A stretch of 64,000 bases of DNA from a virus. Lineage: Duplodnaviria; Caudoviricetes. Under the pieces are notes generated by a model. The model was not told the origin of the DNA. It did not search any database and was given only the letters and a program-made list of their open reading frames with translations. Positions 55,751-64,000 of this stretch are shown piece by piece; positions within the stretch are counted from its first letter, which is position 1, and the number at the start of each line of letters is the position of its first letter. A program made the position numbers and the translations under genes. The DNA lies in the IMG/VR virus record IMGVR_UViG_3300026121_000008, positions 1-64,000 of that record. One strand, written 5' to 3'.

Positions 55751-56229
55751 AGATGCACACGAAAGTGATCACGGTCCCGGCTGAGCCGGTGGCGGTGATC
55801 GAGCCGCAGAAAGTCTTTGTGGAACTCCCCGACCAGACGGTCGTGGAGACGTTGACGGCGGAATACATCGACCTCTATCGGAAGTATGACTACTTCGAGG
55901 TCAAGGCCCTGCTGAAGCGGATGGACGAGATCAAAAAGCAGTTGCAGGCGGTGGCCAACGAGACGGTGGACGACCTGACCCCGGCGGTCTTCACCTCCCC
56001 AGAAGGGGACGTGGAGTTCTCACCGCGAGGCAAAAGTGTGGAGGTGCCAGACCCGCTGGGTCTCATCTACCAGTTGCTGGAGAAGTTTGGACCGGAGGTC
56101 ACGGCCAGTGTCATCACCATCGCCATCACGCCCCTGCGGAAGGTGCTGAGCGAGTACGAATTGAAACCGCACTTGCAGGAGAAGCTGGGCTCCCGTACGC
56201 TACGAGCCGTGCGTCCGTTGCACGGGTAG
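55741..56229 (+). CDS. Hypothetical protein
   Basis: AAGGAG RBS before ATG 55741. Confidence 0.6.
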   Translation: MALKMHTKVITVPAEPVAVIEPQKVFVELPDQTVVETLTAEYIDLYRKYDYFEVKALLKRMDEIKKQLQAVANETVDDLTPAVFTSPEGDVEFSPRGKSVEVPDPLGLIYQLLEKFGPEVTASVITIAITPLRKVLSEYELKPHLQEKLGSRTLRAVRPLHG

Positions 56230-56331
56230 GGCGCAGGCCGGTCACCGGATGACCCTCTGCGTGTGCGGGGGGCACCGGGATGTGGGGGGCGGGTCTGCGT
56301 CCTACTGTGCGACGGACCAGAGGAGGTCATC

Positions 56332-56508
56332 GTGATTAGCCTGTTGATCGTGCTCGTGATTGTGGGCGTGCTGCTCTACCTCGTGGAAACGTACGTGCCC
56401 ATGGCTCCGCCTATCAAAGTCATCATCCGGGTCATCACGATCCTGTTGGTGGTCCTGTGGCTCCTGAAGGCGCTGACGGGCGAAGGCCCCGGTATCAATC
56501 TGCGGTAG
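56332..56508 (+). CDS. Small two-TM membrane protein
   Basis: AGGAGG RBS, GTG start; two hydrophobic helices around YVPMAPPIK. Confidence 0.7.
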   Translation: MISLLIVLVIVGVLLYLVETYVPMAPPIKVIIRVITILLVVLWLLKALTGEGPGINLR

Positions 56509-56510
56509 CC

Positions 56511-56738
56511 ATGGACGAGCAGATGTGCGGGTGGACCATCTACCGCCACCCCCTCGATTTCCCCGACCATTACGTGGTGCGGCAGTGGTGGGTGCTGGAG
56601 GGCGGGGTCTTGGTTGCGAAACTCGTGGGCATCGTATGCCACAGCTTGGAGGAGGCGCGGGAGCAGATCCCACCCTCCGCCATTTGCATTCCGAGAGAAG
56701 ATGCGGACGACGCGGTGATAGTCGAAACCTATTTGTGA
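56511..56738 (+). CDS. Hypothetical protein
   Basis: WTIYRHPLDFP..SLEEAREQIP..IVETY; operon packing. Confidence 0.65.
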   Translation: MDEQMCGWTIYRHPLDFPDHYVVRQWWVLEGGVLVAKLVGIVCHSLEEAREQIPPSAICIPREDADDAVIVETYL

Positions 56739-56746
56739 GGTGTGAG

Positions 56747-56947
56747 ATGGCGATTCCGAGACATGAGCAGTTGCTGAACTTCGTGCCGTCCTACCGGGCC
56801 GGGTATGTGTCATCCGGAGGCCGGGACGAAGACCTGAAGGATGATGAAGAGGTCGTCAAGAAAATGGATGCCGTGAACGTCCAGACGGAAGCCCAAGCCG
56901 AGAAGGCGGGCCGGGACGAAGGGTTCAAGGTGCGACAGCAGAGATGA
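56747..56947 (+). CDS. Hypothetical protein
   Basis: GAGG RBS; ATGA overlap with the primase gene. Confidence 0.5.
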   Translation: MAIPRHEQLLNFVPSYRAGYVSSGGRDEDLKDDEEVVKKMDAVNVQTEAQAEKAGRDEGFKVRQQR

Positions 56948-57903
56948 GGGCCGATCAAGCCGTGGCCTTTTTGCAGGCCCTTCGAGCGAAGCAGATTCGC
57001 GTGAAAGAGAGCGGGTGGGTGGAGAGTAGTTGCCCACTCGCTCCATGGAATCATTCCAACCACCATGACCATCGGCCCAGCTTTGGGCTCAAAATTGCCC
57101 CCGGCAGTCGAAGCCACTTCCTGTGCTTCGCCTGTCGGCAGGGCAGTGCCGAAGCACTCCTCCATACCCTTGAACTGTACGCCAAGGGCACCGGCATTTA
57201 CGACTTCGGGACGTGCCACCAGATCCTGATGGACGAGGAGTATGTGGTGCCGCTCCCCCCGTTCGGGGAGACGCTGGCTCCGGAGCATGTCTTCAGCGAG
57301 TGGCCCGCATATTGGGTCGAAAACTTCACCCCCGCCACCTTTTCGCTGGAGGCGATGCTGTATCTGCAGGGCCGGGGTGTCTCGATGGAGACTGCCGAAG
57401 ACTTTAACCTCCGGTATGACCAGAAGCGGTCGATGATCATCAGTCCCTACTGGGACGTGTATGGGCGACTGGCCGGGGGCCGGGGCCGATCTGTCCTGTC
57501 ATCAAGTTCATTGAAGCATTACGATTACACGTTCCAAGGGGTGAACAACGCCCGGTTCGTCTGGTATAACGAGCCCGTCCTGAACCTTACGGGACCGGTG
57601 GTCGTCGTTGAAGGACAGTTCGATCTGTTCCGGACCATCCAAGCGTACCCGAAGGTTGTGGCCAACCTCACCGCGAAGCCTACCGCTGAGAAAATGAAGA
57701 AGCTCGGGGACAGCGGGACGGTCCTCCAGATTCCCGACCGGGATGAAGCGGGCTACCAGAGCGTGGGGTACTACTCTCGGCACTGTCAGCAGCTAGGGCT
57801 GACGCACAAAGTCATCTGGCTCGATGAGGGCGTGAAAGACGCGGCAGAGTGTGCCTCTGAGTATCTGAAAGAAAAAATTTATCAGGCACTCAATTGCACT
57901 TGA
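56944..57903 (+). CDS. DNA primase (Zn finger + TOPRIM)
   Basis: CP..H..CFAC; VVVEGQFD; DRDEAG. Confidence 0.85.
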   Translation: MRADQAVAFLQALRAKQIRVKESGWVESSCPLAPWNHSNHHDHRPSFGLKIAPGSRSHFLCFACRQGSAEALLHTLELYAKGTGIYDFGTCHQILMDEEYVVPLPPFGETLAPEHVFSEWPAYWVENFTPATFSLEAMLYLQGRGVSMETAEDFNLRYDQKRSMIISPYWDVYGRLAGGRGRSVLSSSSLKHYDYTFQGVNNARFVWYNEPVLNLTGPVVVVEGQFDLFRTIQAYPKVVANLTAKPTAEKMKKLGDSGTVLQIPDRDEAGYQSVGYYSRHCQQLGLTHKVIWLDEGVKDAAECASEYLKEKIYQALNCT

Positions 57904-57928
57904 CAAAGTAAAGGGTGCATGGTATCCT
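57900..57928 (+). promoter_or_regulatory. Sigma70-like promoter (TTGACA-17-TATCCT, TGn extended -10)
   Basis: Consensus spacing. Confidence 0.65.
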
Positions 57929-57968
57929 TGGCGACGGTCGAATTTCCGACCACAAGGAGTCCACCCCA

Positions 57969-58757
57969 TTGGCGTTCAAATTCCTCAAGACAGGCGCAGA
58001 GAGTGCCAAAATGGCACAACGAGCCGCCGCTGAAGCGGAACAACGGTTCTCGGACAAGGGCAAGATGTTCCGGTTCTGGCTCAAGGAGAAAGAAGAAGCC
58101 CGGATCACGTTCGTGGATGGCGACCTCGCTAAGGAAGGGGATCTGGCCGGGTATCTCGACCCGCCCCGTTACTACGAGCACAGCATCAAGCTGAATGGCT
58201 CGTGGAACAATCATTTCATCTGCCCGGAGCGCACGGACCCCGCGACCGGAGTGAAGTGCGTCATCTGTGAACTGAAACCGGACAACCGTCCATCCCTCGT
58301 GGCCCTGTTCACGGTCATCGACCATCGACAGGTCCAGTCTACCAAGGACAAGTCGAAGACGTGGAAGGACACGAAGAAGCTGTTCGTCGCCAAGTCCCAG
58401 ACGTTCGAGTTCCTCACCAAGCTGGCCATCAAGCGCAAGGGGTTGGCGGGTTGCACGTTCGACGCTTCTCGCGTGGGCGACAAGTCCGCTGCCGTGGGGA
58501 GCATGTTCGAGTTCGTGGAGAAGCACGACGTCGCGGAACTGCAGAAGCTCTACACCATCGAGAAGATCGATCCGAAGACCAACACCAAGGTCAAGGTGAC
58601 GAACTTCACGCCTGCGGACTACGAGGCAGAGATGCCCTACAAGACGCCGGAGGAACTGCGGAAGTTGCTGGCGGCTGATTCGGATGATCCCGTTCCTTTT
58701 AACAAGCCCGGAGGGAAGACGGGGACCGGGGCCGTAGACTACTCAGGCAAGTTGTAA
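57969..58757 (+). CDS. Putative ssDNA-binding protein
   Basis: AAGGAG RBS then TTG start; RFWLK..H..C..C..C Zn motif; replication context. Confidence 0.5.
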   Translation: MAFKFLKTGAESAKMAQRAAAEAEQRFSDKGKMFRFWLKEKEEARITFVDGDLAKEGDLAGYLDPPRYYEHSIKLNGSWNNHFICPERTDPATGVKCVICELKPDNRPSLVALFTVIDHRQVQSTKDKSKTWKDTKKLFVAKSQTFEFLTKLAIKRKGLAGCTFDASRVGDKSAAVGSMFEFVEKHDVAELQKLYTIEKIDPKTNTKVKVTNFTPADYEAEMPYKTPEELRKLLAADSDDPVPFNKPGGKTGTGAVDYSGKL

Positions 58758-58838
58758 CGAGGTTCAGGGGATGGGTCAGGGTCGTTTGCGGGTCTCATTC
58801 CGACAGACGGGGCTCCCTGCCCGTCCCCTGAGCAAGTC

Positions 58839-60185
58839 ATGGAGGAATGTGTGGGGTATGTAACGAACAACGTGCCGATCCGGACAGGGGCGATGAGTGC
58901 GTACCCCTATGCGAAGTGGCTGGAATCGCTCTACACGTTCCCGGACGCCTTCGAGGGTCTGATCGTGTGCGGGGCCGTCCGGAAGGGCAACATCCTCTGG
59001 GTGCCCCGTGAGAGCGTCCCGTATGCGCCTCCCCCGGAGGATTACCGGGTCAGCTATCCGCCGACGCCCATTCCGGTGACCTTCAAGCCCCGGAATCCGG
59101 AGCAGGCGACCCTGTGCCAGAAGTCCTTGAAACTTTTACGCGAGGGACAGAGTCATATCTTTGAAGCTCCTACGGGGTGGGGCAAGACCGTGGTCGGCGG
59201 AGCCATTGCGGCAGGCTTCGGTCAGCCGACGCTGATCGTGGTCACCAAAGAAGACCTGATGCACCAGTGGCGCGATTCGCTGACACAGGTGCTCGGGGTC
59301 TCCCCCTCGCTCATCGGCCAGATTCAGGCCGATGTGTGCGACTGGGAAGGCAAGCAGTTCGTCCTCGGTATGGTCCAGAGCCTGATCCTCGAAGACCGCT
59401 ACCCGCCGGAGATGTACCGGCACTTCGGTCTCCAGATTCTGGACGAAGTGCATTTGATGGCCGCAGATTGTTTCGTCCGGGTGTGCCAGAAGGTCTCCGC
59501 GAAGTACCGGCTGGGGTTCAGTGCGACCCCTACGCGCCGGGACGGCAAGACCCAGTTGCTCCACTGGCACATCGGCCCCACCATGGTCAAGGGCACGGTG
59601 CTCGACGCCAAGGCCAAGGTGCTCATCCGGCAGACGGGCTGGAAGATCCCCTGCCGTACCGGACGGTATGGGCAGGCAGAGCCGATTCCGCATTCGCCCG
59701 GTCGGATGATGCAAGTCTCCAAGGCCATGGCGTCCTCGGAAGGGCGCAATCTGGAGATTGTCAACTTCGTGGTGCAGTGCTACCAGAATGGACGGACGAC
59801 GCTGGTGCTCTCCGACCTGAGAGAGAGCCATCTGGACCGGCTGTTTCAGATGTTGACAAACGAGGGCGTACCGGGTAATGATATTGGGTATTACGTGGGC
59901 GGAATGTCCAAAATTGAATTGTCGTTCACCAAGCAACGACGAGTGGTCCTTGGGACTTATAAGATGTGCTCAACAGGCACCGACGTACCCGCATGGGATT
60001 CCTTGGTGATGGCGACACCCCGCGCTGATGTGAAGCAGGCGGTGGGCCGAGTGTTGAGAGCGGTTGACGGAAAGAAACAGCCAGTGATTTTGGATCTGGT
60101 TGACTCCAATGCCATCTTCCAAGGGTTCCACCTTGCTCGGCTCAAGCAGTATTACTCGCTTGGCGCGGAGATTGTACGTGTGTAA
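58839..60185 (+). CDS. SF2 helicase (UvsW/XPB-like)
   Basis: APTGWGKT, DEVH, SAT, TGTDVP, QAVGRVLR. Confidence 0.9.
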   Translation: MEECVGYVTNNVPIRTGAMSAYPYAKWLESLYTFPDAFEGLIVCGAVRKGNILWVPRESVPYAPPPEDYRVSYPPTPIPVTFKPRNPEQATLCQKSLKLLREGQSHIFEAPTGWGKTVVGGAIAAGFGQPTLIVVTKEDLMHQWRDSLTQVLGVSPSLIGQIQADVCDWEGKQFVLGMVQSLILEDRYPPEMYRHFGLQILDEVHLMAADCFVRVCQKVSAKYRLGFSATPTRRDGKTQLLHWHIGPTMVKGTVLDAKAKVLIRQTGWKIPCRTGRYGQAEPIPHSPGRMMQVSKAMASSEGRNLEIVNFVVQCYQNGRTTLVLSDLRESHLDRLFQMLTNEGVPGNDIGYYVGGMSKIELSFTKQRRVVLGTYKMCSTGTDVPAWDSLVMATPRADVKQAVGRVLRAVDGKKQPVILDLVDSNAIFQGFHLARLKQYYSLGAEIVRV

Positions 60186-60190
60186 GGAGA

Positions 60191-60664
60191 ATGGTTATGG
60201 CATTGATCTGGAAGGCACAGGAGGCACTCCCAACGATTCCTGAGCCCGTGAAACATCCCGGCTTCTCGTGGGATGACTGGTATGCAAAGAACCGGACCCG
60301 GCTCTCGGAAAAGCGGGCGAAGCGGTATCGTGAAGATGCAGGTTACCGGGCCGCTGCACTGGAGCGCAGCCGTCAACAGCGGGAAGCCAAGAAGACCCCG
60401 GTCACGGATGGGTACACGGTGTCCTTCAACGACGCCGCGCAGACGCTCGGCATCACGGTCTGGGTCTTGAGAGAGTGGCGACGGAAGAATTACTTTCCGG
60501 AGCCCCATCGGCGGGACGGACGTCTCTGGTTCAGTCCCGCGCAAGTGAAACTGATCGGGAAGGTGCGGCAGTTCTTCGATCAGCGCGGCCATCGGGTCAC
60601 GCAGGCCAATCGGTCGGATCTCGAAGACGTCGTGAATCTGGTGTACTCGAATTGGATCGACTAG
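60191..60664 (+). CDS. HTH (MerR-like) DNA-binding protein
   Basis: FNDAAQTLGITVWVLREW..FPEP..GRLWF. Confidence 0.65.
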   Translation: MVMALIWKAQEALPTIPEPVKHPGFSWDDWYAKNRTRLSEKRAKRYREDAGYRAAALERSRQQREAKKTPVTDGYTVSFNDAAQTLGITVWVLREWRRKNYFPEPHRRDGRLWFSPAQVKLIGKVRQFFDQRGHRVTQANRSDLEDVVNLVYSNWID

Positions 60665-60671
60665 CCAAGGA

Positions 60672-61043
60672 GTGGGTGTGGGATTGATCGTGAAGGGCGG
60701 GAAGACACCGGGCGTGAAAAAACCCGGCGTGAACTACGGGCACCATCTGACGACCCAGCCGGTCACCGGCAAAGTGTCGTCGGCCAAGTCGGTGGCAGGC
60801 ACGGTGGTCGCAGAGACGCTGGACGAAACGACCACGGTGCATCCGGGGGTGTTCACGGACGGCATGTCCATCACGGTCACGGGGGGACGGACACTGAATC
60901 TGGGCAACTACGAGTCAGCCAAGGTGTCCGTCTCTCTGACTGTCCCGTGTGACACCAATTGCATCAACGAGGCGTATGACTGGGCCACGTCGTGGGTGTC
61001 CAACCGCATCGAAATCGCGGTGGCTCAAGCGAAAAAGGCTTGA
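60672..61043 (+). CDS. Hypothetical protein
   Basis: TLNLGNYESAKV motif; AAGGAG RBS. Confidence 0.6.
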   Translation: MGVGLIVKGGKTPGVKKPGVNYGHHLTTQPVTGKVSSAKSVAGTVVAETLDETTTVHPGVFTDGMSITVTGGRTLNLGNYESAKVSVSLTVPCDTNCINEAYDWATSWVSNRIEIAVAQAKKA

Positions 61044-61068
61044 CTCTTTGCCCCAGACCCGGTATACT
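61040..61068 (+). promoter_or_regulatory. Sigma70-like promoter (TTGACT-17-TATACT)
   Basis: Upstream of recA. Confidence 0.65.
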
Positions 61069-61092
61069 CTCCGTTTCCGCAAGGAGTGCTGA

Positions 61093-62352
61093 GTGGCCTT
61101 AAACCTCAAGCCCGTGCCGAACCTGCCCAACCTCACGGTGGTGAACCCGAAGTCTCTCAAGCGACCGTTAGCCAAGGCCACACAGGGCAAGGGACGCCCC
61201 TTCTCCGGGAACACGGAGGAAGTTCTCGCCGGGATCACCAAGGACAAGGGCGACAAGGTCGTGGTCCGGGGCAACGAGATCAAGCCCGTCCGACGTCTCC
61301 CGACCGGCATCTTCGAGTTCGACTTCTACACGGGCGGAGGGTTCCCCTGTGGCCGCTACAGCACGGTGTATGGTCCTGAAAGCTCGAATAAGACCAACCT
61401 GTGCCTGAAGGCTGTGGCCAGTGCCCAGCGGCAGAAGCCCCCCTGTAACAAAGCCGTGTGGGTCAACATCGAGCAGACCTTCGATCCGGCATGGGCCGAG
61501 AAGATGGGGGTGGACACCAAGGAACTGTTGGTAGTGCAGGCGGGCTACGGGGAAGAGGCCATCGACCTCGTGGATGCACTGGTCCGGGCGGAGGACGTCG
61601 CCATCCTCGTGGTGGATTCGCTGGCGGGCCTGATTGCCTCGAAGGAGATTTCCCAGTCGGTGGAGCAGTATGACATCGGCACGTCCGCCCTCCTCATCAA
61701 GCGCATGGTCAATAAGCTCTCCGTGGCCTTTGGCGACGAGATGAAGCGGGACCATGACCCGTGCGTCATCCTCATCAACCAGACCCGCTACAAGCCGGGG
61801 GTCATGTTCGGTGACCCCGAGACGATGCCGGGAGGCGAAGCCCATAAGTTCTTGTCGTCCCTTCGAGTCCGCCTGAGTTCCAAGAACATCATCGACAAGG
61901 CCCGGAACCTGCTGGTGTTCAAGGACACCCATGTGATCGTGAAGAAGGCCAAGGTGCCCGTCCGGGCGGTCAGCTTCGACTTCAAGCTGTGCATGTATAC
62001 CCACGACACCATGCAAGTCGGGGAGACGGACAGCTTCCACATGGTGAAGTCGCATCTGCAGGCATTGAATTTGCTAGGGAAGACCCCGAAGGGGACGTAT
62101 TCGATTACCTCGAAGAACAAGAAGACGAAACTGGAATTCGCCACGTTGACGCTCTTGCAGAACAAATACGAGCAGGACGCTGTCTTCCGGGCGCAACTCC
62201 AGAAGCTCGTGATCGAGGCGTATGGGGACCGTCTGATTCTGGTGGACGAGCCTACTGCTGTGCAGGCCAAGGACATTCAACCCGGTACCGCTGTGGAGGT
62301 GGATGATGGAACCGAAGACCCCGCCGACGACGATCCCGACCCCGCCCAGTAA
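61093..62352 (+). CDS. recA: RecA-like recombinase
   Basis: PTG..D..GGGFP.GR..GPESS.KT, VVDSLA, INQ.R.K.GVMFGDPE..GG.A.KF. Confidence 0.9.
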   Translation: MALNLKPVPNLPNLTVVNPKSLKRPLAKATQGKGRPFSGNTEEVLAGITKDKGDKVVVRGNEIKPVRRLPTGIFEFDFYTGGGFPCGRYSTVYGPESSNKTNLCLKAVASAQRQKPPCNKAVWVNIEQTFDPAWAEKMGVDTKELLVVQAGYGEEAIDLVDALVRAEDVAILVVDSLAGLIASKEISQSVEQYDIGTSALLIKRMVNKLSVAFGDEMKRDHDPCVILINQTRYKPGVMFGDPETMPGGEAHKFLSSLRVRLSSKNIIDKARNLLVFKDTHVIVKKAKVPVRAVSFDFKLCMYTHDTMQVGETDSFHMVKSHLQALNLLGKTPKGTYSITSKNKKTKLEFATLTLLQNKYEQDAVFRAQLQKLVIEAYGDRLILVDEPTAVQAKDIQPGTAVEVDDGTEDPADDDPDPAQ

Positions 62353-62450
62353 GACGGAGTCCGAGTCCAAGGCGTCCGAGAAGCCTCTACCGGGCAAGAG
62401 CAAGGCTCCAGACTCGGTGAGAGAACCCCCAGCCGGGAAGACGAGGGAGA

Positions 62451-62846
62451 ATGCGGCGAAAGAGAAAAAACGGCGAGAGTCCCAGCGGTAACCCGTATCT
62501 CACCCGGTTAGCCGCTGAAGGGCTGAACGCCCACGGGAAGAAATCTGAGCAGGTCGTGGCCACGAAGCTCGGAGCGAGATTGCACTTGAATTCCGGAGCG
62601 ATGGTCCAGAACAAATCGGACGCCAGCATGAAGAAGTACCGGTTGGAGGTGAAGTCCACGGTGACCTCGGTCCTCCCCCTCGATCTGGCGTGGCTGGTGA
62701 AGATTGCTCAGGAAGCCCTCGACCATGGGCAGACCCCCGCTGTGGTGGTATCGTTCGTGGACTCGCATGGGGAGTCCCGATTGAGACACTACGCAGATTG
62801 GGTGGTCGTGCCCATGGCGGTTTTCAAGGAATTGACCGAGACCTAA
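62451..62846 (+). CDS. PD-(D/E)xK nuclease, Holliday-junction resolvase-like (start uncertain)
   Basis: E..VA..SGA..KSD..LEVKST. Confidence 0.7.
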   Translation: MRRKRKNGESPSGNPYLTRLAAEGLNAHGKKSEQVVATKLGARLHLNSGAMVQNKSDASMKKYRLEVKSTVTSVLPLDLAWLVKIAQEALDHGQTPAVVVSFVDSHGESRLRHYADWVVVPMAVFKELTET

Positions 62847-63730
62847 TGTCGTGGCTCCGTAATGCTCTGCATCAATCGACGCGCCCGAAGCAGTCCATCA
62901 TCGGCGTGCTGAAGCTGAATCTGGGCGGTCCACAACAGGGCCGGTCCATGAAGGTGCTGCACGCTTCAGATGTCACCAAGTCGGATTTCTGCCCCCGGAA
63001 GTGGGCACTGTTCGATGTGCTGGAGAAGGACGCTCAGACGGAATTCATCTCAACCGCCCTCGACGTGACGTTCCGGATGGGGAACATGACCGAGACCCTC
63101 CTCGTGGAGGAGTGGGGCGGGGAGGCGGTGGTGGGGAACTGGCTGTGCCGCTACTGCGGAGAGCAGCGCACCATGGTGCCGCATCCCGCAGGCAAGTGTT
63201 CGGATGGCCGCTGGCACTGGTGGAAGTACCTGCAACTGGTCGTGGAGGCCCCGGAGTATGGCATCCAAGGTGGTATCGATGCGCTGTTCAACATTGGAGC
63301 CCCGCAACTGGTCGTCACCGAGATCAAGACGATGAACCCGGATGACTTCGACAAGATCCTGACCCCGCTCCCGGAGCATCGGCTCCGCACGAACCTGTAT
63401 ATGTGGATCTTGGACAAATCTTTGCATCCGTTCCGGGACAAGATCAACACGCAGGAAGCCAGAGTGCTCTATGTGAGCCGAGGGTATGGGAAGATGAACG
63501 CGACGTGGAACGAGATCCTCCCGTTCAAAGAGTTCACGGTCAAACGGAATGACCCGGACCTTGATGAGTTCCTGAAGCGGGCCACGTCGTTGCAAGTGTT
63601 CCGGGGAGCGCAGCAGACCATGCCGTCAGGCATCTGTGCCACAGCGGTGGACAAGATTGCCAAGCAGTGTAGCGTGTGCCCGCAGTGCTTTTCTGGAGAC
63701 TACCCAGCGGGGAAACAGGTCAGCGCATGA
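62846..63730 (+). CDS. Cas4-like PD-(D/E)xK exonuclease
   Basis: TAATG overlap; CPR..GGID..EIKT..LY..C..C..C. Confidence 0.7.
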   Translation: MSWLRNALHQSTRPKQSIIGVLKLNLGGPQQGRSMKVLHASDVTKSDFCPRKWALFDVLEKDAQTEFISTALDVTFRMGNMTETLLVEEWGGEAVVGNWLCRYCGEQRTMVPHPAGKCSDGRWHWWKYLQLVVEAPEYGIQGGIDALFNIGAPQLVVTEIKTMNPDDFDKILTPLPEHRLRTNLYMWILDKSLHPFRDKINTQEARVLYVSRGYGKMNATWNEILPFKEFTVKRNDPDLDEFLKRATSLQVFRGAQQTMPSGICATAVDKIAKQCSVCPQCFSGDYPAGKQVSA

Positions 63731-64000
63731 TCACCGTGGGGATTGACCCCGCCTCGTGTACCGGGATGGCCCTCGTGGGAGAAGAGGAAGATCGGGGCAA
63801 GACCATCGAAGTCCCCAAGGAACGTGGGTTTTTGAGGTTGCAACTGATTGCCGAAGATGTGTCCCGGACGCTCCAAGTCTGGGAACCTGCGTTCGTGGCC
63901 GTCGAGGGCTATGCCTACGTCCGGAACGTCAGCAGCTTCGTGACGCTCGTGGAGATCGGGACCGTGATTCGCATGACCCTGAGAGACCTCCACCTCCCAT
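63727..64000 (+). CDS. ruvC: RuvC-like resolvase, truncated by the window end
   Basis: MITVGIDPASCTGMA..VAVEGY..E.G. Confidence 0.65.
   Translation, partial: MITVGIDPASCTGMALVGEEEDRGKTIEVPKERGFLRLQLIAEDVSRTLQVWEPAFVAVEGYAYVRNVSSFVTLVEIGTVIRMTLRDLHLP

Noticed and set aside
62846-63730. Cas4 as evidence of a CRISPR-Cas system
   Set aside because: No other cas genes or array; solo Cas4-like nucleases are common in phage recombination modules.
1-64000. tRNA/rRNA genes, integrase, terminase, portal, DNA polymerase, host genes
   Set aside because: None recognised by eye. They may lie outside the window, so lifestyle and host cannot be assigned.

Overview
A 64-kb segment of a GC-rich tailed dsDNA phage, probably siphovirus-like: it has a tail tube, a G/GT chaperone and a 1408-aa tape measure, and I found no sheath gene. 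Essentially every real gene is on the + strand. Gene order: (1) 1-18.3 kb, a large head-cargo region; (2) 18.6-24.2 kb, XkdF-type prohead protease, scaffold, major capsid and neck genes; (3) an HNH endonuclease, then three glycosyltransferases and a methyltransferase; (4) 27.6-49.9 kb, tail genes including a duplicated two-gene cassette and a degenerate lysozyme; (5) 50-64 kb, replication/recombination genes with sigma70-like promoters (AAA ATPase, initiator, DnaB, primase, SSB-like, SF2 helicase, RecA, nucleases, RuvC-like). The main finding is region 1. Eight genes there carry 18 copies of a short peptide tag (K-[WFY]-[DN]-x3-[HQ]PR-x3(+5)-G-x-[FW]), and six of them form bead-on-a-string polyproteins or tagged enzymes. 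Nearly every tag heads its own module: about ten ADP-ribosyltransferase-like domains, a GNAT, two zincins, a HipA/PI4K-like kinase and three ParB-N domains. A MuF head-morphogenesis domain sits inside one polyprotein. Most tags begin with a K-x-[D/E/N] site that also recurs in the scaffold and at the capsid N-terminus. I infer a tag-and-cleave system that loads many effectors into the capsid, where the prohead protease releases them. All family assignments come from reading motifs by eye; no database searches were run.
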